64,000 bases of DNA from contig NC_090416.1 of assembly GCF_036365525.1 (NCBI RefSeq), forward strand, positions 14,914,945 to 14,978,944, written 5' to 3'. Both the position numbers and the translations under genes were made by a program. Of the stretch, positions 51,364 through 63,576 are shown in pieces; position 1 is the first letter of the stretch, and each line of letters starts with the position of its first letter. The notes under the pieces are model-generated. The model saw only the letters and a program-made list of their open reading frames with translations. It had not been told where the DNA came from and did not search any database. The stretch is from Heterodontus francisci (lineage: Eukaryota).

Positions 51364-52766
51364 CTCTATCCATCTACATGTATCTATCCACTTACCATCC
51401 GCAACATTTCTGTCTGTCTGTCTGTCTATCTCTCTATCCATCTATATCTATCCATTTCCGCCCTGGTTAAAATATGTGGTGTAAGATACCTAAACTATCT
51501 ACCTCGCCCTTTATCTATACCTCTACTCTATCTCTGTATCTGTCTCTGTATCTAACTTTCAATCCATCCGTCTGTTTGACTCTGTATCTATCTCCTTATC
51601 CAACTCTCTATCTGTCTGTCTCCATATTATCTCTCGATCTGTCTCTGTACAATGGCTCTATCTATTTATCTATGTCTGTATCCATCCATGTATCTAACTC
51701 TGTATCTATCTCATCAACGCTCTATATACATCTATCTGTTCTTGCATCTCTATTTTCTGAACTATCTATTCCTGTGTCTCTCTCTCACTCCATCTCTCGA
51801 TCTCTCTTTCTCTACCTCTCTCCTAGTTAAACATTCTGCTGTAAGATATCTGTTCCATTCAAGGAAGGTGGAAGATGTAAAACCAATTTCCGATTTGCGT
51901 GTGAAATTACACATTTGGTTTTGCCAAATTTCTTCACAAAGTTTTTTTATGTAAGTTATTTTTGCAGACTCTCCGTTACACACCTCCTGCGATTCATCCA
52001 TTTATGGGAGTTTGTCGGCGGCAGCGCTTCTCCTTCTCGGGATGGTTGTGTTCACCGCGGGAAGAAGCTGCAGGAAGCGGCAGTCAGGTACCGATTGTCG
52101 GGAGGCGCTGCAACTCCGTGGCGCTCTCAATCCATCCATTTATTATTGTGTTATTTGCTCTTTATACGTTAGCGGATTGGTTCAGTGTGAAATGTGGACA
52201 TTTAGAGTCAGTTTAAGTTTCTCTTTCTATCAGGCAACATGAACAGTGATGAGGAACTGCCGGATTCCAGACCACGTGCACAAGAAAAGGAGGTAAATAT
52301 GAATGGAATTGTTGCTGTTACCATTGACTAATTCGAGTTTGAAGATTCATGGTTATTGTCATTACGTCTAGAAACTTCGCAAACAAGGGAGCAGAACCTT
52401 AAAATTAGAGTTAGGCTGTTCAAGGGGTGATGTCAGGAAGCACATCTTCACACAAAGGGGAGTGGAAATCTGGAACTCTCTCCTCCAAAAAGCTGTCGAG
52501 GCTGGGGGAGTCAATTGGAAAATGTCAAACCTGGGAGTAATAGATTTTTGTTGGGTTCAGGGGATTAAGGGTTACAGAATAAAGCCGGGGAGATTGAGTT
52601 AAGATACAGATCAGCCTCGAGCTAATTGAATGAAGGGACAGACTGGAGGGGCTGAATGGTCTCCTCCTCTTCCTATGATGGTGCTCTGGGTCACGATAAT
52701 GGTTTCTGTTTTCTCTCGCAGACGCTGTACGCTCGCTTGGCGTTTAACGAGGATCCCACACTCTGA
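49134..52766 (+). CDS. Gene A2: intact paralog of A1 (~302 aa; exons 49134-49176, 50091-50429, 50534-50836, 51968-52087, 52234-52292, 52722-52766)
   Basis: Same exon structure and phases as A1, all GT-AG. V..YYCAVLNYKKMARIFGNGSKMVVT; C1 with CIC; stalk DSPLHTSC; TM LSAAALLLLGMVVFTAG; tail ETLYARLAFNEDPTL*. Confidence 0.92.
51130..51825 (+). repeat. Expanded degenerate (TCTA/TCTG)n tract in the A2 C1-TM intron
   Basis: Same tract as in A1, with an internally repeated 'ccacttaccatccgcaa' unit. Confidence 0.9.
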
Positions 52767-54069
52767 TGGGAAAAGAAAGCGTTGACACTCTGCTTGCAGG
52801 AAATGACATGTTGTTGAAAGTTTCCGCTGTTTGGCGGGAGAGTCTTCAAATCTAACAGGCGCTACTTCAACCAAATTTGGGAGCAATTTTTCGAGTCATT
52901 TCAGAAACAGTTCACAGTCCCGAGGGGCGAGGAGTACAGAACTTTTCTGGGTGGATGAGCGATGTTGAGCAGAATGACCTCTTCCATCTGCATCATCTAA
53001 CAATTGTCTCCAAATCCGCTTTACAACATCTGTACAGGATGTATTTTACAGCAGAATAAGCCGATGTGAATTTGGGAATGTTTCTATTCATTAGATACAG
53101 CCTCTTACCACATGTTGCTACCTGGGCTCTACTTGGTGAACTGAATTTGCATTCAAATGTCAGCTATATTAAATTGAATCATTAATCTCCTTCGAGATGA
53201 ATTTACTGGAAATAATTAATGAATCCTTGGAATGTCTGAGTGATGCAATGAATGTTTTTTCCCCTTTGATAACGAAGTATCCTAGCACTTCAAAGGTGGG
53301 GTTTGTAGATTATAGCCGGTTAACACACTGTTTCCTAGAATAACATGGTTTAAAAAATATCAGATATAATGTTTTAACAGTCAGTTAACTAAAACATTGC
53401 TGTAAACTTTAGTTGTGAGTTATGCTGCGAGATGACCTTATTTCCCGAGATTCACTACTGTTGGATAATTCCGGATATTGCAAAATGCGGATTAATGGTC
53501 ACCAATTTGCTGCAGCTCCAGAAATTGTCGATCCCGGTTTAGAGGTCTTAACTGTAAGGAAAGATTGTACAGGCTGAGGCTGTTTTCCCTTGAATAAAGA
53601 AGGCTGATGGGAGACCGGAGAGAGGTCTTCAAAATTATGAAATGGTTTGCGAGGGTCGACCTAAAGAAGATGTTTCCACTTGTGGGAGAGACCACAACTA
53701 GGGGCCATCAATATAAGATAGTCACTAATAAATCCAATGGGGAATTCAGGAGAGTCTTCTTTCCCCAGAGAGTGGTGAGAATGTGGAACTCGCTGCCATA
53801 GGGAGTGGCTGAGGTAAATAGCAGAGATACATTCAAGGGTAAGCTGGATAAACACAGGAGCGGGGAAAGGAATAGAAGGATATGTTGATAGGGTGAGATG
53901 TAGAAGAGGAGGGAGGAGGCTCATTTGGAGGATAACACCAGCACGGAGCAGATGGGCCGAATGGCCTGTTTCTGTGCTGAAAATTCGATGTAACTGTATC
54001 TAATGAAGGGCTTTCAGTCAAAGGGACAATTACACATCTGTCAGTCATATTTGGTTTTCTCAATAGTAT

Positions 54070-55147
54070 TTCCCCGACACGCTCTGCACCATATTTGTGC
54101 TGGAGAATCCACGTTGAACCGCTGTAAGTACAGACAGCCCCACTGCTCCAAGTTTCTACCAAGACGCTGTTACAATGTAAGTTCCACATCGGTCAATGGT
54201 ACTGGAAATCAGTTCGTCTCTCAGTAACCCGACGGATGCAAGGCTGAAAATAGGAATCCAGTTCGTGGAAACACCACGGTCCAAACACAATAAAGATCAA
54301 ATATACTTTAATTAACATCAAAGTTTAGGAAGAAATGGAGAGGAGGAGGCCATTCAGCCCCTTCAATCTGTTACACAGGGATAGGTAAAGGCCATTTAAC
54401 CCTTCCAGCCTGACCTCCATTCAATGAGATCATGGTTGATCTGTATCTTAACTCCATCTACCCCGCTTGGTTCCATAAACCCAGCCAAGATCGACCAATC
54501 TCAGTTTTGACATTTTCAGTTGAACCCTCCCCACTTCAACAGCTTTTTTGAGGGGTGCAGAGAGGCGCAGATTTCCATTCCCCTTTGTGTGAAGGAGTGC
54601 TTCCTGACATCACCCCTGAACGACCTGGCTCTAATGTAATTAACAAACAGACCATTCACTATATAGAACATGAATACACAGACCCACTTGCTGTACATAT
54701 TACATGTGTAGAATTCAAAATGAATGACATTTCCGCTCTTCACTCCCATGACAAGCAAGTCCAATGGACAAATACCTTTTTAATCCACAATTCTGAATGT
54801 TACTGGGAAGATATCAGTTAATTCACACTGTGCATAATTCCAGAGGACTAAACACTTCCCCACACATCTAATCCGGAGGGAAAAATTATGGCAAAGTTTA
54901 CAAAATATCAATTGGTCAAACCTCTTTACTGTTTGATATACCAACTGCATTCTGTGCGATACCATTTCAATATTCATCAAAACTTAAAGGCGTTCTATTT
55001 AAACCAGTGTTTGACTGTTGAGACCCACCATCGCTGCTGATTGCTTTGACACAACAGGAACGTGTTGTAAGAGCTTGACTGTAATCAAGATGGGAATTCT
55101 GCTTGTCTCTCCAGAAGAGCTGGGAAGGGGCGCGGAATGCAGGAACC
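54070..55147 (-). pseudogene. Heavily decayed V-C1 paralog D (C1 remnant ~54295-54070; probable V remnant ~55147-54845)
   Basis: Minus-strand fragments LLCLDRGVSTNWIPIF, VTERRTD and SVLVETWSSGAVCTY align with the A/B C1 domain across frameshifts. The upstream segment starts at a ctcag acceptor in phase 1 and has only faint V-like spacing. Confidence 0.55.
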
Positions 55148-55279
55148 CTGAGGCACAGTGTATAAATAAGAACAGGAGCGCATCAAACTCACACCCAGGT
55201 CCATAAACGACGATCAACCAGCGGTGACTTTTGATCAGTGGTTAATAAAATGCCAGAGTGAAACGCGGGAATGTGGTAA

Positions 55280-55690
55280 GAAAGAACTTGCATTTCTATA
55301 GCGCCTTTCACATCCTCAGGACGTCCCTAAGTGTGGTCACTGCTGTAATGTAGGAAATGCGGCAGCCAGGCTTTGCACAGCAAGATCCAACGAATAGAAA
55401 TGTGATAATGGTCAAGACACATCTTTTATTGATGTTGGTTGAGTGATAAATATAAATAGGAAGAACCCCATCTCCCACCGATCTTCTTCTTCCAATAATG
55501 GCTGTGGGATCCGCCTGAGAGGGCAGATGGGGAAATGGTTTAACGTCTCATCCCGAAAGATGGTCCCTCCAACAGTGCAGCATTCCCTTAGTACTGGCAC
55601 TGGAAGTGTCCTGGAGTTTTGTACTAAAGTCTCTGGATTGGGACTTGAACCTCTGATGCTTTGGGCAGAGCCTAGAGCGCCACCCACTGG
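55280..55690 (-). mobile_element. Deu-domain SINE (SacSINE1/AmnSINE1-like); further copies ~3590-3740, 30000-30350, 35310-35450, 40560-40940, and 56455-56750 (opposite strand)
   Basis: Conserved core gcagccaatttgcgcacagcaagatcccacaaacagc (best preserved at ~3695-3735), with tRNA-like head and L2-like tail. Confidence 0.65.
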
Positions 55691-56226
55691 GCCGCAGCGT
55701 GTGAGACAGGGAGGAACCTGACACAGAGACAGGCGGGATACAGATACTGGGTGATACAGTTACTGAATTAATCACATATGATCCCACCTTTCTTTAAGCC
55801 GATGTATTTTTAGATTGGAATAAGTAAGGGTGTCTCAATTAATGAGTTCTGGGCGAATAAAACAGGACACTCGGAATTAGGGGCATTTGAGTACAGTGTA
55901 TTGAATTAAGCACGATCTGCCTTTTGTCTACAGTTTAAACAGTCTGGACTGCGCCTTCCTCCCCCCACCCCCTTTCACTCGTGTTTAACTCGAACTGCAA
56001 TGTATGGGCCTTTGCAGGCAAATTTGTGCGTGGGCGCTTAACCTGTAAACAGGAAAACCACAGCGAGAATTTACACAGCGCTGTATTTTCCAGCCTGCTA
56101 TTTTTAAACGCAACACCTAATTTGCACAAATGTGCATTTTGACATGTCTTCCGATTCGGGCCGAGCACAGAGATACCTGAGCAAAGAGTCAGTGCAAATC
56201 TCATAGCAACCGCCCGTTGGCAAAGG

Positions 56227-58623
56227 ATGAGCTTCGGAATTCCCTGTGTGCTGTTCCATCTCTTCAATTTGTACTCTTCACTTCTCATTCATGGCGGAAT
56301 TCCAGCGCAAGATGACTAAGATAGTCAGCAAAGTAGACGATTGCTCCCCTATCTGTATTTTATACTATTAGTGTCGTGTTGAAGGGCTGCATTATCTCAG
56401 GCTGATTAAAACACACCAAGACCCAACATTCTCCAATCTTTCCGAAGTGGTTAAACCGAGGCCTCGTCTGCCCCTCTCAGGTGGATGTTAAAGATCCCAC
56501 GGCCAGGACTGGGGGGGGAGAGGGGGCGGGGTGGGGTGTGGGGGCGGGTGGCGGGGTGGCGGTGGTGGGGGAGGTATTGGGGTCCTGGGGCCAGTATTTA
56601 TCCCTCAACCAACGTCACTTATGCATATGATCTGGTCATTATCATATTGCTGTTTGTGGAATCTTGCTGTGTGCAACTTTGGCTGCGGTGTTTCCTACAT
56701 TTCAACAGTGACTATACTTCAAAAATTATTTCAATGGCTGTAAAGTGTCTCTCTCTGTCTCTTTCACATGTTATTGCCTCAAGTTTAACCTCAGGATTTG
56801 AGCCAATTATGATCGCTGATCATTAATGCAACGATGGCCCAATTTACAGTTTACTGTTGTAGCTGTTTCCTCATATCAAACAGTATTTTTTCTGTCATAA
56901 CAGTCCCTCTTGTGATCAGTTAGTTCTCTCAGTTATTGTCTCTCAGACAGTATCCCATACTCCGGCCATTCAGACAGTCTGACATGGAAGTACCTTTACA
57001 GTGTATTGTCAGCCGGGTTGGTTAGCAGGAGGAGTGGTTGACTGGTATAAACAGCATTACCTGGAACATTTACAACTGGTTTGCACCGTGACAAAACACG
57101 CCCATGCAGCCAGAAGATTTTCCGGGGAAGTTAACGATGAATCGACTCTTTATTCTTTGGTCATTCGGGATGTGCAGGCAAATGATTCGGGCGTCTATTA
57201 CTGTGTCGCTAAGGAATTTAGCAGGTCGCCCTTTACATTAGGAAACTCGTGGAAATTGCTGATCACAGGTAAAGATTACGATTATTTGACTCATTTCGTC
57301 TTCAATAAGCAGGAATTGATGTCGAATGATGATCGCATCTTAATTCCCAATCTCGCCCGCGTCTCCAGTCATGTTTTTCTTAACTCCACCGCCGGCTGAA
57401 ATTTCCTCCATGGAAAGCTTTCGATTGATGTGGTTGGTAAAAGGCCTGTCTCGCCATTCCTTTCGCATCTGTTGGAATGTTTCTGAATGGGACACCGAGG
57501 AAAGGATCGATTCCGAGCCAACAGACCCTGACGGGACATATAATATCAGGAGTCACACCAGCGTCTCGGTAGAAACTTGAAACAGCGGCGTTGTTTGAAC
57601 TTGCACTCTTCAAATCAACTCTACAGGGAATTTTATCAGTGAAAGTGTCTCATCTCAGAGAGGTAACTATTCCCAGTGATCCTAATGCTGATGTGAGGGT
57701 GATTTTATAACAGTAAAATTTTGTACATTACAAGCCCTGTGCTTTCCCCGTGTCCATACATAATGAACTCATCATCGACCTATCGCATATCTCTCAATAT
57801 TCAGTGTTTATCTTTCTGAATGTTTAAGTCCACCTGTCTTCTCTAACCTAGACAGCTGTGGTTGCTCAAACATTGAGTATATTCATTACAGAGATTGATG
57901 GATTATTGGGCACTAACGGAATTAAGGGATATGGGAATTCCACGGGATAATGCAGTTGAGGCAGAAGATTAACCATGATCTTATTGAATGGGGCAGCAGC
58001 CTGGAGGGGCCGGATGGCCTCCTTCTGCTCCCATTTATCAAGTTCTAACGTCCAGTGGGCCATACGTTTCTCTTTCTATCAGGAAACATGAGCAGTGATG
58101 AGGAACTACCAGTTTCCAGACCACGTGCACAAGAAAAGGAGGAAACTATGAATGGAGTTGTTGCTTAGCGCGTGTAGATACCTTTCAATGATTTTTGATA
58201 GAAGGTTTGACATTTATATTTATTGTCAGGTGAGCCTAGATATTTCGCATATAAGGGGGCAGAACTTCAAAATTAGAGCCATGCCTGCAGGGTGATGTCA
58301 GGGGTGATGTCACACAAAGGGGAGTGGAAATCTGGAACACTCTCCCCCAAGAGCTGTTAAAGCCGGAGCTCAATTGAAAATGTCAGAATTGAGATGGATA
58401 TATTTTTCTTGGGTAAGGCGATTAAGTGTTACAGAATCAAGGTGAGTAGCTGGAGTTAAGCTACAGATCAGGCATGATCTAATTGAATGGTGGAATAAGG
58501 TAGAGGGGCTGAATGGCCTCCTCCTGTACCTCTGATGATAGTGTGGATTATTTGAATGGTTTCTGTTTTCTCTCATAGACTCTTTCTGCTCGCCTGGTGT
58601 TTAATGCGGAACCCACACTCTGA
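56227..58623 (+). pseudogene. A-type pseudogene A3 (leader 56227, V 56933-57268, C1 ~57369-57662, TM exon deleted, cytoplasmic exons 58083-58141 and 58579-58623)
   Basis: Leader MSFGIPCVLFHLFN. V has WYKQ and DSGVYYC but an in-frame TGA at 56980. C1 has the B-strand Cys changed to Trp and two stops. Cytoplasmic exon 1 donor is GA instead of GT. TLYARL has become TLSARL. Confidence 0.88.
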
Positions 58624-60870
58624 TTGGACAGGAAATCGAGCGCTCACAGTCTCCTTCCCGGATATGACGTGCAGTGGAACGTTTCCTCTGTTTTGCCCTC
58701 ATTGCGATTGTAGCCAGGAAGTGTGAATCCTTGCAAGAGACTGCGATCTCTAGTTCTGTTAGCGGCTGGATACACTGAATCAATAATTAACTCGCAGTCA
58801 GATGAGAGACTGAGACATACAAGACCGATACATCAGTTCAATCTCGACATGTTTCTTCTCGCTCGTGTTAGCATTTTTAAATTCATTGTGCATCTTTGTA
58901 TAGCACGTCAGTAGCATATAATCCAAATAATATTTACAACTCATCTGTGTCCAGATTAAATATACAATAAAACTGGTTTTGAACCCCAAGCAGTGCTTAG
59001 GGGATTCCAGCTGTTTCATCGTTCAGCCCAGATATGATCAGTGTCTCTCTTCGGCCAACTTACACTCCACATTTCGAGAGCAAATTCGTGCAGTTTCAAA
59101 GTGGGGGATATGCCGACGAGAATAAGACCGGAACTGCGAGGTTATAACTGTTAGGAAAGATTGAACAGGCTGGGGGTGTTTTCTCGGGGAAAGGGAAGGC
59201 TGAGGGGTGACCTGACAAAGGTCTTTAAATGATGACCAAACTTGATAGTGTAGACGTAGAAAAGATATTTCCATCGGCGGGACTGGAACTTGAGGCCAAC
59301 AATATAAGATAGCCACTGATAAATCCAATAGGGAATTCAGGAGAAACGCCTTTCCCCAGAGAGTGGTGAGAATGTGGAACTCGCTACCACAAGGAGTGGT
59401 TGAGGTGAATAGCAGAGATACATTTAAGGGAAAGCTCGATAAACACACGAGGGAGAAAGGAATAGAAGGATATGGTGATAGGGTGAGATGAAGAGGGGAT
59501 AGGAGGAGGCTCTTGTGGAGCATAAACACCAGCACGGAGAAGATAGCCGAATGGTGTGTTTCTGTGCTGTACATAATTGTTAATTTTAACAGGCAATGAC
59601 TGAAAGCCGTATGCGAGTGAAGTGAATTAGTTGCATCAATAACAGAATTCGCTCCTCACATTAATAACTCAAGTTCAATATAACAGTAAATTTCAAACAA
59701 TGTTTCACTGAGATGATGTGATATATTTCCGTTAAACCTTCAATTTCATATGTTTGACAAAATTGGACTTGAGACCGTTGGTGTGATTATTATGGATTTC
59801 TGAGTTGTTTATATGGCTCATAACTCCATCTATCCTCTATGATTGTATAATCCCTTTGTACCCTTCTCCAACGAATGAAGAAATGGGCACCAGTCTGAAA
59901 ATAATTGTTGAAGGGGACAGTTCCAGATTTCCACTCCCTTTTGCGTGAAGAAGTGCTTCCTGATTTCACCCCTGAACGGCCTGATTATAATATTAAATAG
60001 CAAATAATTTCTCTCTATGTACCCCATCGAATCAGTTAATCATCTTTCATACCATAATCAGATCACCCCTTAATCTTCTATTCACGAGGGAATACAAGCC
60101 TAGTCCTTGCAACTTGTCCTCATATTTTAATCCCTTGAGCCCAGTATCGTCCTGGTAAATTTAGACCCGTTTTATATAACCATGCAATAAAATCTACATT
60201 CACATTAACAAAAACAGGATTGTTAAGAGTTCATTCAAGTCCTCATGAGATTTATTGGACAATTTCTGGGAGATGGATGTTGACAGAGTCTTTGACTGGA
60301 AATGTTTTTACTGCTCCTCAATCTCATCGTGTTGTATCTGCTGATTCTAGAGTAATCAGAACGGGAAGACTTAGACCGATCTGACTCTGATGGGTAAAGC
60401 ACTATCACCTCACATGGTGTAATACCCTGTCTGACTGAATATCTTATCGCAAAGCTGGGATTAGAAAAATAACAATCAGAGATGGAAGTAGACTAAACTC
60501 CATTTGGATCGCCTTGTACCATCCTGGTGGTTACATAATGCAACCATAATGGGGTTGCCATGGCAATAAATCTCTATTAATGAGTCCACAACAGTCCCAG
60601 CCATGAAGCGAGGGAAACTCCATGGGTGGAAAACTTTGGGAAGCCTAGCTCCAAAGTCTCTGTTCTTCTCAAAGACACGAAACTCACCATGTGTCTCTGA
60701 CATGTAGTTATAAAATTACACACAAAGCAAAACACACCATCCACAGGCAAAATAGAAGCAAACACAATTTCCTGCAGCTCTGACCGTTTTTTTCTCCTGT
60801 TGTGTTCTTCTGTAAATGAATAATCCTATTCCATCTCAGACAGGGAAACTCGCCACTAACAGTATCTCCA

Positions 60871-61361
60871 TTATAGGAAGGATGTGGAAGCTATGGAAAG
60901 GGTGCAAAGGAGATTTACTAGGATGTTGCCTGGTATGGAGGGAAGGTCTTACGAGGAAAGGCTGAGGGACTTGAGGTTGTTTTCGTTGGAGAGAAGGAGG
61001 AGGAGCGGTGACTTAATAGAGACATATAAGATAATCAGAGGGTTAGATAGGGTGGATAGTGAGAGTCTTTTTCCTCGGATGGTGATGGCAAACACGAGGG
61101 GACATAGCTTTAAGTTGAGGGGTGATAGATATAGGACAGATGTCAGAGATAGTTTCTTTACTCAGAGAGTAGTAGGGGCATGGAACGCCCTGCCTGCAAC
61201 AGTAGTAGACTCGCCAACTTTAAGGGCATTTAAGTGGTCATTGGATAGACATATGGATGAAAATTGAATAGTGCAGGTCAGATGGTTTCACAGGTCGGCG
61301 CAACATCGAGGGCCGAAGGGCCTGTACTGTGCTGTTATGTTCTAATTCTAATTCTAATTCT
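60871..61361 (+). mobile_element. Young 5'-truncated CR1 LINE 3' end
   Basis: Open ORF2 C-terminus (ERVQRRFTRMLPG..FSLERRR..GDLIE..FFTQRVV..WNALP) and (ATTCTA)n tail. Absent at the paralogous site ~19055. Confidence 0.92.
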
Positions 61362-61838
61362 ATCCAGGACTGATACTGTCTGTTCAACAGGAATTGAAGT
61401 TTTATCCAGATGACTTTAATTATTAGCTAATTATTGATCAATGCAAACCTCTGGTGCATTTTCATAGTCGAAGAATAATTTATTTTATTTACATTGAGGC
61501 GTTAGCCAAAAAACAAAATCCTGTCAGTGACTGGAAGTACAGGAGCAGCAGAAAAGCCTCAGAGAAACTCAAACATCAAAACCTCTGATTGTTTGCTTCT
61601 CGTTTTTCACACTTGAATTACACTAACACAGTAAAGTAACTTTAACAATGCTGAAAACACGTTATTTTACATTTAACAAACAGAGCCGGACAGTCTTTGT
61701 AAACCCTGACCAGTGCATGGAGACAGATTCCTGTGGGATGGAAATCCCCTTGGCTCCATTCTTATTTACGCAAGGCTCTGGATTCTTTTGCAAATCCTGT
61801 CTCCGCCACAATTCACCGGATAGAAACCATCCGAGTTC

Positions 61839-63576
61839 TCATCTGCGACCCGCCTTCTTATTTGTTCTCTTTTCCAATGCAGCAAACTCCAGGGAGGCGT
61901 AGAGTGGTCCGCCCTGAGACTGGAGAATATATTACACATTAACATTCAAAGATAGTCCAAGACAGGTCAAACTATCCCGGTTTATCTGTGAAACCACCGT
62001 GGGTTTGGTCTTAATTCTAAATCTTCTTAATTCTAGCGGCTAATGCAATTGAACAATCCCGGTTGGGTGGGGGGAGGGGGAGGGGGCTCGGGAGGAAGAC
62101 GGAAGGCGAGGAGAGTGTTCTCATCTCACTGTAGAGATAAGCAGAATAAAAATAGCAGAAAGCTGGCAATCTGAAATAGAAACAGAAACTGCTGGATATT
62201 CACAGTAAAGTATGACGGAGGCATTACACAGGGATCATTAACCTGCTCTTTCTATTATCAGATGGAGAAAGGGCTGTGGTATATGATCCGTTTCTAGTTG
62301 GAGGGGCGAGTAGGATTCGATATAAATGAAAACGTTGCAAACTGTGACCAGTTCTATTAAACATGTGAAATATCCAGCATGAGACATGTGGCATCTTATC
62401 CTAAAAAATCGCCTTCCTGTATATTATGAAAGCGGTTTCAATGAGCTTACCTTTGTTGCACCCCGATTTGTCCGCTTCGCCTCTGTTTGTCGGTTGTCAT
62501 CTGCGTATCAATAATTAACATATGTGGTGACATATTATCCCAGTCCGGATAATCCATGATTAATTACAGAGACACAGTGCGCCAAATACTCGCCAATACA
62601 CCATGCCCCCAATGCGCCAATGGTCCCCAATGCCTCAACGGTTACCGACACGCCAATGATCCCTCAATAAGCCAATGATCCTCATTAATCCAATATACAT
62701 CCATTACGCCAATCATCCCCCAATGCGCTAATTCAGCGCACCACCCATATGTCAGTGATGTCCCAATATGCCAATGGCCCTCATTATGTCAAGGTTCCCC
62801 ATATGCCAGAGATCCCCAATAACGCCAATCACCCACAATAAAGGACTCGAACGATCTACCGCCGGTGTCCGGCCTGTAATCTCCATCTGATACATTACTG
62901 CCAGTTTTAATAATCAATAATTAGAGTTTTCTGTCCGATCAACGGACAGGAACACGATTTAGAATATTCTGATGGTGGAAAATGGACTTATTTGATCCTC
63001 TAGCTTTCCCGCCTTTGATATTCAATCTATACCAGCATTTGAATCCGACTTACCCGATCGTCGCTGATTCCTTTCCCCTCTTAGCTTTCTCTCTCTCAAG
63101 CTAAAAATGCGGACAAAATATCAAACAAATGTTAACCTCTTATAAATCCTGAGTCACGTGCCATAATAATTGATAAGAGAATTGTGGAATGGTCTTAGAA
63201 TTAATCTTTAAAAAAATGCGGAAAATATAAACATATGGTTGTTGGGGTTTAACTGGGTTTGACACAGTGTGAAATACAGTGAGACTGTTCATGATGAATT
63301 TTACAAATGGTTCAATTACTCACTTTTCATTGTGGGGTCTCCTGACTCTTTCTTCTGAAACAATAAACTGTAATCAGCATTTCAAACTGCGAGAAGGGAA
63401 TCACATTGAACAAACAATTCTTACAATTTCCCTGATAGACACGAATTTCTCACCTGATCTGCCTCTTTTATGAATGCAAATGGAAATGAGGATCAAGAGT
63501 AGAACCAGGAACACGGTGCCGAATATGGCCGCGGGTAGGGTCAGATTGCACGACTGTACAGAGACTGCTATTTGGT
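61839..63576 (-). CDS. Gene B2, 3' part (TM exon 63576-63454, cytoplasmic exons 62500-62451 and 61919-61839); 5' exons expected beyond the window end
   Basis: DQIAVSVQSCNLTLPAAIFGTVFLVLLLILISICIHKRGRS / DDNRQTEAKRTNRGATK / SQGGPLYASLEFAALEKRTNKKAGRR*, homologous to B1 with the frame open. Confidence 0.82.
62575..62840 (+). repeat. Paralogous minisatellite in the B2 intron
   Basis: CCAATGGTCCCCAATGCG-like units. Confidence 0.8.

Noticed and set aside
51190-51954. Hydrophobic Leu/Ser/Tyr-rich ORFs (also 9969-10300, 38602-38839)
   Set aside because: Translations of microsatellite tracts.
55029-55147. Activating TM exon with Lys (IPILITVKLL)
   Set aside because: The hydrophobic stretch is too short and broken by Gln/His, the Lys is not kept in the 16-kb copy, and it lies upstream of the C1 remnant. 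Better read as decayed V-region sequence.
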